Assembly (NCBI GenBank): GCA_963747235.1
Contig: CAVVEU010000040.1
Location: forward strand, 256,001-320,000
DNA length: 64,000 bases
Direction: 5' to 3'
Source of the DNA: an uncultured Candidatus Rokubacteria bacterium
GTDB taxonomy: Bacteria; Methylomirabilota; Methylomirabilia; Rokubacteriales; CSP1-6
Below are positions 10,975-21,285 of this stretch, piece after piece. A program made the position numbers and the translations under genes. The notes below the pieces were generated by a model that worked only from the letters and a program-made list of their open reading frames with translations, made no database searches and was not told the DNA's origin. Each line of letters begins with the position of its first letter. The first letter of the stretch is position 1.

Positions 10975-11957
10975 GACGGCCGCCACCGCCGACGCAGGGC
11001 GGGCCAGCCGCCCGCAGGGCTGGCCAAGCTGCCCGCAGGGCTGGGACGATCCCCTCCGGCATGAAGAACAGCACCGCGATCAGCAGGACGCCGTAGAGCA
11101 GCATCTGCCACTGGTACGAGGTCAGCTCGCGCAGCACCTCCGGCAGCACCGTGAAGAGCACGGCGCCCACCACGGGCCCGGCCAGCGTCCCCTTGCCGCC
11201 CGCCACCACCATGATCACCATCGTGACCGTGTAGGTGAAGAGGAAGACCTCCGGGCTGACGAAGCGCGTGTAGTGCGCGTAGAGGCCGCCCGCGAAGCCG
11301 GCCATCGCGGCGCTCGCCACCGCGGCCAGCACCAGGTAGTGGGTCGCGTCGATCCCCACCGAGGCGGCGAGGGTCTCGTTCTCCCGGAGCGCCACCAGGG
11401 CGCGGCCGACCCGCGAGCGAATCAGACCCAGGCAGAGCAGATAGGCCAGCACCACCGCGGCCAGCACCAGGTAGTAGTAGGCGCTCTTGGTGCGCAGCGA
11501 CAGGGCGGCGAGCCCGGGCAGCGCGATCTCCACCGGCGGCACGCCCGGGATGCCGAGCGGCCCGTTCGTCAGGTCCATCCAGTTCACGCTCACCAGCGAG
11601 ACGCAGCCCGCGAAGGAGATGGTCAGCAGCACGAAGTAGGCGCCGCGCAGCTTCAGCGCGAGCCGGCCGATGACGTAGCCGGCCAGGCCCGGCAGCACGA
11701 TGGCGGCCAGCAGGCCGAGCCACGGCGACCACTCGAGCTTGACGCTCAGCAGGGCGGAGGCGTAGGCGCCGATGCCGAAGAAGGCGGCGTGGCCGAGCGA
11801 GAGCTGCCCGGTATAGCCCAGCAGGAGATTCAGGCTCAGCGCGAGCACCGCGAAGATGCCGGCCATGATCAGCGTGTGGAGGTGATACGGGTTCCACACC
11901 CAGGCGGGCGCGGTCAGGACAACCGCGATGCCGATCACGCGCGCGAGGACGCCTCAT
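10971..11957 (-). CDS. livM: Branched-chain amino acid ABC permease (LivM-like; frameshifts at both ends)
   Basis: GYTGQLSLGHAAFFGIGAY, LKLRGAYF, GGKGT. Confidence 0.85.
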   Translation of the reverse strand: MRRPRARDRHRGCPDRARLGVEPVSPPHADHGRHLRGARAEPESPAGLYRAALARPRRLLRHRRLRLRPAERQARVVAVARPAGRHRAAGPGRLRHRPARAEAARRLLRAADHLLRGLRLAGERELDGPDERAARHPGRAAGGDRAARARRPVAAHQERLLLPGAGRGGAGLSALPGSDSLAGRPRPGGAPGERDPRRLGGDRRDPLPGAGRGGERRDGRLRGRPLRALHALRQPGGLPLHLHGHDGDHGGGGRQGDAGRARGGRRALHGAAGGAARADLVPVADAALRRPADRGAVLHAGGDRPSPAGSLASPAGGWPALRRRWRPS

Positions 11958-12828
11958 CCCACGCGCTCGGCGCGGGCGAAGAGGCCCGAGGGGCGCAGCA
12001 GCAGCACCGCGACGATCATCAGGAAGCCGACCGCGTCGCGGTAGCCGGAGGAGATGTAGCCGGCGCCCAGCTCCTCCGCGATCCCCAGCACGAGACCGCC
12101 CAGCGCGGCGCCGCCGAAATTGCCCAGGCCCCCCAGGATGACCACCGAGAACGCCTTGAGCGAGGCCAGGTCGCCCATGGACGGGTAGAGCAGGAACACC
12201 GGGCCCAGCAACGCGCCCGCCGCCGCGGCCAGCCCGGCCCCGAACGCGAAGGTCACGGTGTGGATGCGCTCGATGCTCACCCCCATGAGCGCCGCGGTCT
12301 CCCGGTCCTGGAAGGTGGCGCGCATGGCGCGGCCGAGCTTGGTGCGGCTCAGCAGGAGATGCGCGCCCAGGATCAGGAGGCCCGAGACCACGAACACGAA
12401 GATGCGGAGCGGCGCCACCGACACCGCGCCCAGCACCACCGGCTGGGTGGGGAAGGGCGTGGGCACGCTCTTGGCCACCCCGCCCCAGCCGAGCAGCTCC
12501 GCGTTCTGCATCGCGATCCAGAGGCCGATCATGACGAGCATGACCGTGTCGATGGACTGGCCGCGCAGGGGTCGCAGCAGCACCCGCTCGCAGACCGCGC
12601 CCGGCCAGCGCGCCCGGCCACGATGGCGAGCGGGATCGCGAGGAAGAAGTGCACCGAGGCGAGCGCGAGCGCGGCGAACGCGGCGTAGGCCCCGAACGTG
12701 TAGAACTCGCCGTGGGCGAAGTTCACCACGTTCATCAGCCCGAAGACCAGCGTGAGGCCGATCCCGAGCAGGCTGTAGGTGGCGCCCAGCAGCAGCCCGT
12801 TCAGCAGGTGCTGGAGAAGCTGGTCCAA
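11954..12828 (-). CDS. livH: Branched-chain amino acid ABC permease (LivH-like; frameshifted)
   Basis: GLTLVFGLMNVVNFAHGEF, KAFSVVILGGLG. Confidence 0.85.
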
Positions 12829-12850
12829 GCGCCCGCGATCGCCGGTCGCG

Positions 12851-14020
12851 CTACTTCTTGGCCGAGAACGCCGGCAGCGCGATCTTGCCGTCCTTCACCT
12901 GGACGATGAAGATGCTGGGCTTGCTCTGCCCGCTCTCCTTGCCGGCCGGCCCGTCCTTCTCGAACTTGATGGGCCCGTTGACGCCCATCACGTTCACCTG
13001 CCAGAGCGCGGCCTGCACCGCCTTCGGATCCGCCTTGCCCGCGATGCGGATGCCCTCCACCGCGGTGAGCACGCCGTCGTGGCCGCGGAAGCCCTCGGTC
13101 AGCCCCTCGAAGGGATGGCCCCGCTTGGCCCACTCGTCCACGAAGGCCTTCGCCAGCTTGCCGTCGGGCATGGCCTCCGGGAACCACGGCAGGAAGAACA
13201 GGATGTGGTACGTCCCCTCCGCCGCCGCGCCCGCCTGCTTGATGAGCTGGGACGGCGACGAGCTGCCGCCGGTGGTGATGACCTTGCGGACGAGCCGCTG
13301 CTCCTGCGCCTGCTTCAGGACCAGCGTGATCTGCTCGACGCTCGTGGTGAGGAAGAGCGTGTCGGCGCCGCCCGCCTTCACCTTGGTGATCTGCGCGTTC
13401 ATGTCGGTGGCCGCCTGCTCCATGAACTCGGCGGTGCCCACCTGCGCGCCCGAGCGCTTGAGCAGGTCGCCGAAGGCCCCGACCGCGCCGCGGCCCCAGT
13501 CCGTGTTCACCGCGAGGAAGTCGGCCTGCTTGATCCCCAGGTCCTTCATGTACTTCTCGAGGCCGAGCGCTTCCATCTCGCTGGGCGGGCTGATGCGGAA
13601 GATCCACGGGTTGCCGCGCTTGGTGATGGTGGAGGCGCTCGAGGTCTCCACCACCATCGGCACGCCGTATTCCTCGAGCTTCGGCATGGCCGCGAGCGTC
13701 ATCGAGCTACCCCAGGCGCCCACGATCACCGGCACCTTGTCGCGCACGATCAGCTTCTCGGCCGCGGTGGCGGCTTCCTTCGGGTCGGACTTGTTGTCCT
13801 CGATCAGCAGCTCGACCTTGCGGCCGAGCACGCCGCCCTTGGCATTGATCCAGTCCCGCCCGATCTCGGCGCCCATCCGGACGTAGTTGCCGGAGGCGGC
13901 CACCGAGCCCGACAGCGGCTGGATGACGCCGATCTTCACGGCTTCCTGGGCGGGCGCCGGCGCCGCGAGCGCGGCGACGACGGACAGCGCGACGAACAGG
14001 GCTCGGATTGCCTGCTTCAT
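12851..14020 (-). CDS. Branched-chain amino acid-type ABC substrate-binding protein (LivK-like)
   Basis: Signal peptide; KIGVIQPLSG, INAKGGVLGR, EDNKSDP; GAGG RBS. Confidence 0.9.
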   Translation of the reverse strand: MKQAIRALFVALSVVAALAAPAPAQEAVKIGVIQPLSGSVAASGNYVRMGAEIGRDWINAKGGVLGRKVELLIEDNKSDPKEAATAAEKLIVRDKVPVIVGAWGSSMTLAAMPKLEEYGVPMVVETSSASTITKRGNPWIFRISPPSEMEALGLEKYMKDLGIKQADFLAVNTDWGRGAVGAFGDLLKRSGAQVGTAEFMEQAATDMNAQITKVKAGGADTLFLTTSVEQITLVLKQAQEQRLVRKVITTGGSSSPSQLIKQAGAAAEGTYHILFFLPWFPEAMPDGKLAKAFVDEWAKRGHPFEGLTEGFRGHDGVLTAVEGIRIAGKADPKAVQAALWQVNVMGVNGPIKFEKDGPAGKESGQSKPSIFIVQVKDGKIALPAFSAKK

Positions 14021-14089
14021 GACCGACCTCCTCTGACCCTTACCTGGTTAGGTTCGTCCGCCACGCTGCGGTGTTCTAGGAATCGCGTA

Positions 14090-14160
14090 GTTATCCTATG
14101 TTTCATGTCACATGTCAAACGAAGACCCCGATTGACATTGCCGCAGGCCGCCCCAAGAAT
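14090..14160. promoter_or_regulatory. Divergent promoter region with CATGTCA direct repeats (putative GntR operator)
   Basis: AT-rich; CATGTCA-CATGTCA overlaps a minus-strand TTGACA; plus-strand TTGACA at 14132. Confidence 0.5.
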
Positions 14161-14168
14161 ACGGCACC

Positions 14169-14884
14169 ATGCCACCCGCGAGATCCACCGCGCCCCGCGC
14201 CCCGATCACGCCGCTCATGCACGAGAGCCTCGGCGAGCGAGTATACCGGACCGTCCGCGACCTGATCCTGAGCCAGGTCTTCCCGCCCGGCTCCAAGCTC
14301 AATGTCGAGCAGATCTGCCGCGACCTGGGCGTGAGCCGCACCCCGGTCTGGGACACGATGCGGCGGCTCGAGAGCGAGGGCCTGGTCAACACGGTGCCCC
14401 GCCACGGCGTCTTCGTGCTGAACTACGGCGCCGACCAGATCCGCGATCTCTTCGCGGTGCGCGGCGCACTGGAAGCCCTCGCGGTGCGCCAGGCCGCGCG
14501 AGAATCTGGACGACGACGCGCGCGGCGCGCTCGAGGCGGCCGTGGCAGGAGATGGAGCGCGCGGCCGGCGCGGCCGAGATCGAGCAGTACTCGCGCGCGG
14601 CCATCGACTTCCACGACCGCGTGCTCGTTGCGGCGCGGAACCCGGTGCTCAGCCGGCTCCTCGAGAACGTCTACGCCCAGATCCTGGTCCTGCGCCTGCG
14701 GTCGCTCTACCTGCCCGAGCGGGTCGAGTCGAGCGTGGCCGAGCACCGCGAGATCTTCGAGGCGGTGCTGGCCGGCGACGCCGAGCGCGGCGAGCGCCTC
14801 GCCCGGGCCCACGCGGAGCACGTGCTGCAGGACGCGCTCGAGTTCACACGCCGGCGGCCCGAGCACGCGAGCCTCACGTCATGA
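14169..14884 (+). CDS. GntR-family regulator with FCD domain (frameshifted)
   Basis: LGVSRTPV wHTH; FHD...ARNPVL, EHREIFEA. Confidence 0.88.
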
Positions 14885-15947
14885 GCGCCGCAGGCCGGGA
14901 CGCCCTGGGATCGCTACGCCGCGGCGCTGCCGGCGCATCGCGGCCGCGGTGGGCCGCACCCCGCTCGTGCGCCTGAACCGCCTCACCCGCGACGTGACGC
15001 CCGCGATCTACGTGAAGGTGGAGTGGTACGGGGCGACCGGCAGCCTCAAGGACCGCATCTATCTCCACATGTTCGAGCGGGCGGAGGCGCGCGGCGATCT
15101 CAAGCCGGGCATGCAGGTGCTCGAGTGCTCGACCGGCAACGCGGGGATCGCCTGCGCCTGGGTCGTCGGCGGTCAAGGGCTACCCCTGCACCATCGTGAT
15201 GCCGGAGGGCATGAGCGAGGAGCGCAAGAAGATCATGCGCGCCTACGGCGCCGAGCTGGTCTTCACCCCGGGCGGCGAGAGCGACGTGGATCTCTCGCTC
15301 GAGCGGCTCGCGGCAGATCCGCGACGCCGACGCCGGGGCGCTACTGGGTGCCGGGCCAGTTCGACAACCCGGACAACGTCGAGGCCCACGTCCTCACCAC
15401 CGGGCCCGAGCTCTGGGAGCAGATCGGGCGGCCGCATCGGCGCCTTCGTGGACTCGCAGGGCTCGGGCGGCCTGCTCACCGGGGTCGGCCGCTACCTGCG
15501 GAGCCGCGACCCCCAGGTGAAGCTCTACGCGGTCGAGCCCGCCGAGTGCGCGCTGCTCTCGCGCCGGGCGTGGGGCCATCACGGCATCGAGGGCATCGGC
15601 GACGGCTTCGTGCCCCGCAACCTCGACGTCTCGCTGCTCACCGGCGTGATCACCACCACCACCGAGGAGAGCGTGGACATCGCCCGGCGGCTCGCGCGCG
15701 AGGAAGGCCTCTTCTGCGGCATCTCGAGCGGCTGCAACGTGGCCGCCGCGCTCAAGCTCGCCCGCCGGCATCCCGGAGCTGCCGTCGATGGTGACGATCC
15801 TCAACGACACCGGCCAGCGCTACTTCACGACGCCCGCTCTGCGGGGAGGCCAAGCACGTGGACATCCCGGAGCGGGAGCATCCGCTGGATCCCTACACCG
15901 TCGAGCAGCTCGACCGCTACCAGAAGACCTGGGAAGTGCTCGCGTGA
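14881..15947 (+). CDS. PLP-dependent cysteine synthase-family enzyme (frameshifted)
   Basis: VGRTPLV, GSLKDR (PLP Lys), STGNAG, HGIEGIG, GISSG. Confidence 0.85.
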
Positions 15948-16911
15948 CGATCGCGCCGCGCGAGTACGACTTCGTCGCCGCGCGCGAGCGCCTCGAGGCG
16001 AAGCCCAAGTCCGCCGGACCCAAGCTCGGCTCCCTGGAGGACGCGGTCGCGCGCGTGAAGGACGGCGACCACCTGGCCATCGGCGGCTGCCTCTACTCGC
16101 GCACGCCGCTGGCCCTGGTGTGGGCGCTGCTCCGCCGCCGCCCGACGGGCCTCACCTTCTCGCGCAACCTCATGTGCTACGAGGGCGAGTGGGGCATGGT
16201 CTCGGGCGCGGTGAGCAAGGTCGTCACGTCCTGGATGGGCATCGGGCTGCCGTGGGGCCTCTCGCGCATCCAGCGCGAGTTCGTCGAGGCCGGGCGCGTG
16301 GAGTTCGAGGAGTGGAGCCACCTGGCACTCGGCCTGCGCTATCCGCGCCGCCGCCATGGGCGTGCCCTTCCTGCCCTCGCTCACCATGCTGGGCTCGGAT
16401 CTCATGGGCGTGGGCGGCTCCAAGACGATCGACTGCCCCTACACCGGCGCGAACGCTCCACGCGGTGCCCGCGCTCTTCCCCGACGTGGCGCTGCTCCAC
16501 GTGCAGAAGGCCGATCGCCTCGGCAACTGCCAGATCGACGGCTACCCGCACATGGACGCCGACATCGCCCGCGCCGCCGCCACCGTGCTGGTGACCGCCG
16601 AGGAGATCGTGTCCGAGGACGAGATTCGCCTCCACCCGGACCGGACGGTGCTGCCCGGCTTCCTGGTGGACGCGCTCGCCCACGTGCCCGTACGGCTCCT
16701 ATCCGCACGAGTGCTACGGCGTCTACGACGCCGAGCCCGACCACTTCACGACCTACGTGGACGCGCATCCTCGCGCGCGGCGCCGCCGGCGTGGCCGACT
16801 ATCTCGAGCGCTACGTCTACGCCCCGTCGAGCCACGCGGACTACCTGGCGCTCTTCGGCGAGGCGCGCCGGGCGGACGCCGCGGCCCGGGCCCGGATGCT
16901 GACGCACATGA
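15944..16911 (+). CDS. Family I CoA-transferase alpha subunit (GctA-like; frameshifted)
   Basis: VKDGDHLAIGG, EEWSH, PDVALLHVQKADRLGN. Confidence 0.82.
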
Positions 16912-17671
16912 CGCGTCAGCGCGAACGAGCTGCTCGCGGTGATGGGCGCCCGCGAGCTCCGCAACGACACCACCGTGTTCACCGGCGTCGGCGCGCCCAT
17001 GATGGCCTCGGTGCTGGCCCAGCGCACCCACGCCCCGCGGCTCACCATGATGATCGAGGGCGGCGTCGTCGGGCCCACCTGGAAGCCGGGCGAGCTGCCC
17101 ATCTCCACCAACGAGATGCGCGCGGCCTACCGGGCCCAGATGCTGCCCGGCATCACCGACGCGTTCCTGCTCGCCCAGCGCGGCTTCTTCGACGTGGGCT
17201 TCATCGGCGGCGCCCAGATCGACCGGCACGGCAACCTCAACACCAGCGCCATCGGCGGCTACGCGCGCCCCAAGGTGCGGCTGCCGGGCAGCGGCGGGGC
17301 CAACGACATCATCTCGCTCTGCCGCGAGGTGATGATCCTCACCGTGCACGAGAAGCGCCGCTTCACCGAGCGCGTGGACTTCGTCACGAGCCCGGGCTAT
17401 CTCGAGGGCGGCGACTCACGCCGGCGCGCCGGCCTGCTCTTCGGCGGCGTCTCCCGCGTGGTGACCACGCTCGGCATCTTCGGCTTCCACCCGGAGAGCC
17501 GCCGCATGCGGCTCCTGGCCCTGCACCCCGGCGCGACGGTGGAGCAGGTGCGCGAGCACACCGGCTTCGAGGTCCTCGTGAGCCCGATCGCTCACCACCA
17601 CGAAGCCGCCGACCGACGAGGAGCTGTCGATCCTGCGCATGCTCGACCCCAAGCGGCAGTTCATCGGATGA
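16908..17671 (+). CDS. Family I CoA-transferase beta subunit (GctB-like; frameshifted)
   Basis: MIEGG catalytic Glu, GGAQIDRHGNLN, LPGSGGAND, VDFVTSPG. Confidence 0.85.
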
Positions 17672-17693
17672 GCGCACGATCCATTGCCCGAGG

Positions 17694-17778
17694 CCCCCTC
17701 ACCCTGGCCCTCTCCCCCAAGGGGGAGAGGGGATCTCGATATCTCCCTCTCCCCTGAGGGAGAGGGCAGGGTGAGGGG
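17694..17778. repeat. CCCTCACCC/CCCTCTCCC-GGGAGAGGG palindromic intergenic (REP-like) element
   Basis: Two ccctctccc..gggagaggg hairpins inside an outer cccctcaccctg/cagggtgagggg inverted repeat. Confidence 0.85.
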
Positions 17779-17790
17779 CGCGGAGACCTC

Positions 17791-18726
17791 ATGACCGACT
17801 TCGGTCTGGCGATTCGCAACTTCGTGGGACCCGGCGAGGTGCCGGACATTCAGGGCGTCTACGCCTACGCGGAGCGGGCCGAGGCGCTCGGCTTCGAGTC
17901 GCTCTGGGCCTGGGACCACGTGCTGCTCGGCGTCGAGCCCTCCTTCCCGATCGTGGACTCGATCACGATGCTGGGCGCGGTCGCGGCGCGGACGCGCACG
18001 ATCAAGCTCGGCACCGGGGTGCTGGTGCTGCCGCTGCGCAACCCGGTGGTGGCGGCCAAGGCTCTCGGCAGCCTCGACGTGATCTCGGGCGGCCGCCTCA
18101 TCCTGGGCGTGGCCGCGGGCTGGTACGCGCGCGAGTTCGACGCGGTCGGCGTGCCCTTCAAGCAGCGCGGCCGGCAGTTCGAGCGCAACCTCGACATCCT
18201 GATGCGCCTCTGGACCCAGGACCGCGTGACCCTGAAGGTGGACGAGTTCAACCTGCGCGAGGCGGTGATGGTCCCCCGCACCGCGCAGCGGCCCCGGCCG
18301 CCCGTGCTCATCGGCGGCTACGTGGACGCGGTGCTCAAGCGGGCGGGCACGGTGGGCGACGGCTGGCTCACCTACTTCTACACGCCGGAGAGCTTCACCA
18401 AGGGATGGGAGAAGGTGAAGGCCTTCGCCCGCGAGGCCGGCCGCGACCCCGCCAAGCTCACCGCCACCAACCAGCTCGCGATCTACGTGGGACGCTCCCG
18501 GGCCGAGACCACCGCGGACATGCGCCAGTGGCTCTCCACCGAGTGGGACACCGCGGCCTGGAGCGAGTCCACGATCGACCACGCCATCCACGGCTCGGTC
18601 CCGGAGTGCATCGAGCAGCTCCGCGCCCACGTGAAAACCGGCGTGCACCGGATTATCCTGATCCCGTACCGCTATCAGCCCGAGCAGGTCGAGCGGATCG
18701 CCAAGGAGGTCTTGCCCAAGCTATGA
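17791..18726 (+). CDS. LLM-class (luciferase-like) flavin/F420 oxidoreductase
   Basis: GFESLWAWDH, LGTGVLVLPLRNP, LDVISGGRLILG. Confidence 0.9.
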   Translation: MTDFGLAIRNFVGPGEVPDIQGVYAYAERAEALGFESLWAWDHVLLGVEPSFPIVDSITMLGAVAARTRTIKLGTGVLVLPLRNPVVAAKALGSLDVISGGRLILGVAAGWYAREFDAVGVPFKQRGRQFERNLDILMRLWTQDRVTLKVDEFNLREAVMVPRTAQRPRPPVLIGGYVDAVLKRAGTVGDGWLTYFYTPESFTKGWEKVKAFAREAGRDPAKLTATNQLAIYVGRSRAETTADMRQWLSTEWDTAAWSESTIDHAIHGSVPECIEQLRAHVKTGVHRIILIPYRYQPEQVERIAKEVLPKL

Positions 18727-19511
18727 GCCAGCCCATCCACATCGACATCAACTGCGACATGGGAGAGAGCTACGGCCGCTGGACGCTCGGTCACGACGAG
18801 GAGGTGATGCCCAACATCACCTCGGCCAATATCGCCTGCGGCTTCCACGGCGGCGACCCGCACGTGATGCGCCGCACCGTGGAGCTGGCCGTCCAGCACG
18901 GCGTCGCGGTGGGGGCGCACCCGGGGCTGCCGGACCTGATGGGCTTCGGCCGGCGCCGCATGGACGTCTCCCCGGCCGAGCTGAAGGACATCCACCGCTA
19001 CCAGATCGGCGCCCTGGCCGCCTTCGCCCAGGCCGCGGGCACCCGGATCCAGCACGTCAAGCCGCACGGCATCCAGTACCACATGTTCGAGGAGAACCTC
19101 CCGCTCGGGCGCGCCACCGCCGAGCAGCTCCTCGAGCTCGATCCCCAGCTCATCCTGATGACCATGGCCATGACGAAGTACGACGCGGAGGCCCGCAAGG
19201 TGAAGGGCGTCCGCATCGCGGCCGAGGGCTTCGCGGACCGCGTCTACGCCGACGACGGCCAGCTCGTCACCCGCAAGCTCGGCAAGGACGCGCTGATCAC
19301 CGATCCGGCCAAGGCCGCCGACCAGGCCGTCCGCATGGCCATGGAGGGCAAGGTGCGCACGATCACCGGCAAGGTCATCGACGCCAGGGTCGAGACCATC
19401 TGCATCCACGGCGACAGCCCGGGCTCGGACAAGATCGTGGCCGCGGTCCGCGAGGGCCTGGTCAAGGCCGGCGCGATCGTGAAGCCGCTCCGGGACTGGC
19501 TGCCGCGCTAG
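18723..19511 (+). CDS. pxpA: LamB/YcsF family 5-oxoprolinase subunit PxpA
   Basis: DINCDMGESYG, SANIACGFHGGDP, HVKPHG, ICIHGD. Confidence 0.9.
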   Translation: MSQPIHIDINCDMGESYGRWTLGHDEEVMPNITSANIACGFHGGDPHVMRRTVELAVQHGVAVGAHPGLPDLMGFGRRRMDVSPAELKDIHRYQIGALAAFAQAAGTRIQHVKPHGIQYHMFEENLPLGRATAEQLLELDPQLILMTMAMTKYDAEARKVKGVRIAAEGFADRVYADDGQLVTRKLGKDALITDPAKAADQAVRMAMEGKVRTITGKVIDARVETICIHGDSPGSDKIVAAVREGLVKAGAIVKPLRDWLPR

Positions 19512-19659
19512 CAGTTCCCGACGCAGATCCTGCAGGGCCGGGTCGGACCGTCCGAAATCGGTACACTGTATTCCGATACTCGTCAGTCACCTCCGGCGAC
19601 CCCGCCGGGGAGTGTTCCGTAAGGTACCATCGCAACGTCCCTTTCCCCCCTCCCAGAAA

Positions 19660-19674
19660 TGGCACCGAGTTTGC
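19660..19674 (+). promoter_or_regulatory. sigma54 (-24/-12) promoter
   Basis: TGGCACCGAGTTTGC, a near-consensus TGGCAC-N5-TTGC. Confidence 0.75.
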
Positions 19675-19941
19675 CCTAGGGTAAGTCGGCGCAACCATGG
19701 CGGACTACGCGGACGGCAGCAGCGTGAAGGGTGTGAGACACGGCGGATGCCGGCCCGGCGAGATCAAGTCGGGCGCGGGCAGTCGCGGACATCGTCTCTC
19801 GAACCCGCACGGGCCCCGCGGAGCCTTCAGGGAGCGCCACGTCGGCCAGATCGCGCGGGCTCACCGGCTCCCGCATCACCAGCGCGGTCTGGATCGATGA
19901 GCAGTCAGGCGGAAGCCGGGAACGCCATAGGGGAGGAAATC

Positions 19942-20247
19942 ATGTCAACCACCACACTGAGACTGCTGACGGGATCGGGTTACCGGCGCGAGCCGAGCGC
20001 GATGCCTTCGGACTCGCAGATCGCGCATGCCCTGTATGACGCGCAGAGTGCTCAAACCCAGAGAAGCCTCGACGAGATCCTGGCCATGGCTCAGCGGAGC
20101 TCGGGCTGGACGCAGGTCTTCAAGCAGCTCAAGACGGAAGGCCTGATCGAGGAGCAGACGCTGGGTCACGTGGTGGCCCGCTGGACCAATCGCACGATTC
20201 GCACCCGGCGGCCCGCGCTGGCGTCGGTCGAGAACATCTCCGCCTAA
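19942..20247 (+). CDS. Hypothetical protein (101 aa)
   Basis: Strong RBS GGGAGG; alternative in-frame ATG at 19897. Confidence 0.65.
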   Translation: MSTTTLRLLTGSGYRREPSAMPSDSQIAHALYDAQSAQTQRSLDEILAMAQRSSGWTQVFKQLKTEGLIEEQTLGHVVARWTNRTIRTRRPALASVENISA

Positions 20248-20265
20248 GCAGTCCCGCTAAGAGCG

Positions 20266-21285
20266 CTACCGCACGGCCAGGATCAGCTCCAGCCGCGCGG
20301 TAGCGCGTTCCCAGTCGAACTGAGTCCCCACGAAGTCCTGCCCCTGCCGCGCGATCCGCTGTCGTAGCTCCTGATCCTCCACCAGACGGGTGAGCCCCCA
20401 GGCCAGCGCGTCCAGATCGCGCCGCGGCGACACCACCGCGGTGCGGCCGTCGATGGCGTAGTCGCGACAGCCCCCGTTGTCGTAGGTGCAGAGCGCGGCG
20501 CCGCAGGCCATCGCCTCCATCGCGGGCATGCCGAGCCCCTCGTCCCACGACGGGCAGAGGTAGATCGGGCAGCGGCTGTAGAGCCACGCCAGGCGCTCCT
20601 GCGGCAGGTTCTCGTGGAACTCGGCGAACGGCAGCTTGCGCGGCGGCGGCTTCACGCCGAAGCCCACCAGGCTCAGCTCGGGATGGCGCGCCCGCACGCG
20701 GGCGAAGGCCTCGAGACCGTCGGCCACGCCCTTCCAGGGATACTCGTGGAAGAGCATCAGCACGCGAAGGCGCCCGTCCTCCTCGACCGGCACCGGGCGG
20801 AAGAGCGCGCGGTCCACCGGGGTGACCACCACCGCGGCCGGCGTCTCGAAGCGCTCGGCCATGATGTCGGCGAGCCACGTCGAGATCACGATCTTCCGCA
20901 GCGGGACGCGGTAGGTCGCGTCCACCCGCGCCGCCTCGCCGTGGTAGAGGCTCTCGTAGTGCTGGATGAAGTAGAACTTCCGGCCGCAGCGGGTCGGGGC
21001 CGCCGCCACCGGCTCCACCGACTGCCACGAGGTGGCGATCACCGCGTCGCCATCGGGCAGCGCCGCCGCGCTCCACTCCGGCACCCATCGCACCCGGGCC
21101 CCGAGCGTCGGCATCCACTCCGGCGCGCGCTGGAAGCGATTGCGCCACCACGCGGTCAGCGCCCGGCGGGCCGGGACGACCACGGTCACGTCGTGGCCGC
21201 GCCCGGCCAGCCGGTCCGCGTGGGTGAGGATCGCCCGCACCCCGCCCGCGATCCGCAGATGCGGACAGAGGAAGGTGATCTTCAT
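20266..21285 (-). CDS. Glycosyltransferase family 4
   Basis: GGVR N-terminal motif; EGLGMPAMEAMACG. Confidence 0.9.
   Translation of the reverse strand: MKITFLCPHLRIAGGVRAILTHADRLAGRGHDVTVVVPARRALTAWWRNRFQRAPEWMPTLGARVRWVPEWSAAALPDGDAVIATSWQSVEPVAAAPTRCGRKFYFIQHYESLYHGEAARVDATYRVPLRKIVISTWLADIMAERFETPAAVVVTPVDRALFRPVPVEEDGRLRVLMLFHEYPWKGVADGLEAFARVRARHPELSLVGFGVKPPPRKLPFAEFHENLPQERLAWLYSRCPIYLCPSWDEGLGMPAMEAMACGAALCTYDNGGCRDYAIDGRTAVVSPRRDLDALAWGLTRLVEDQELRQRIARQGQDFVGTQFDWERATARLELILAVR

Noticed and set aside
17755-17757. Selenocysteine recoding of the in-frame UGA
   Set aside because: The UGA lies in the loop of a repeat hairpin with no SECIS-like stem downstream and no Cys-homologous context
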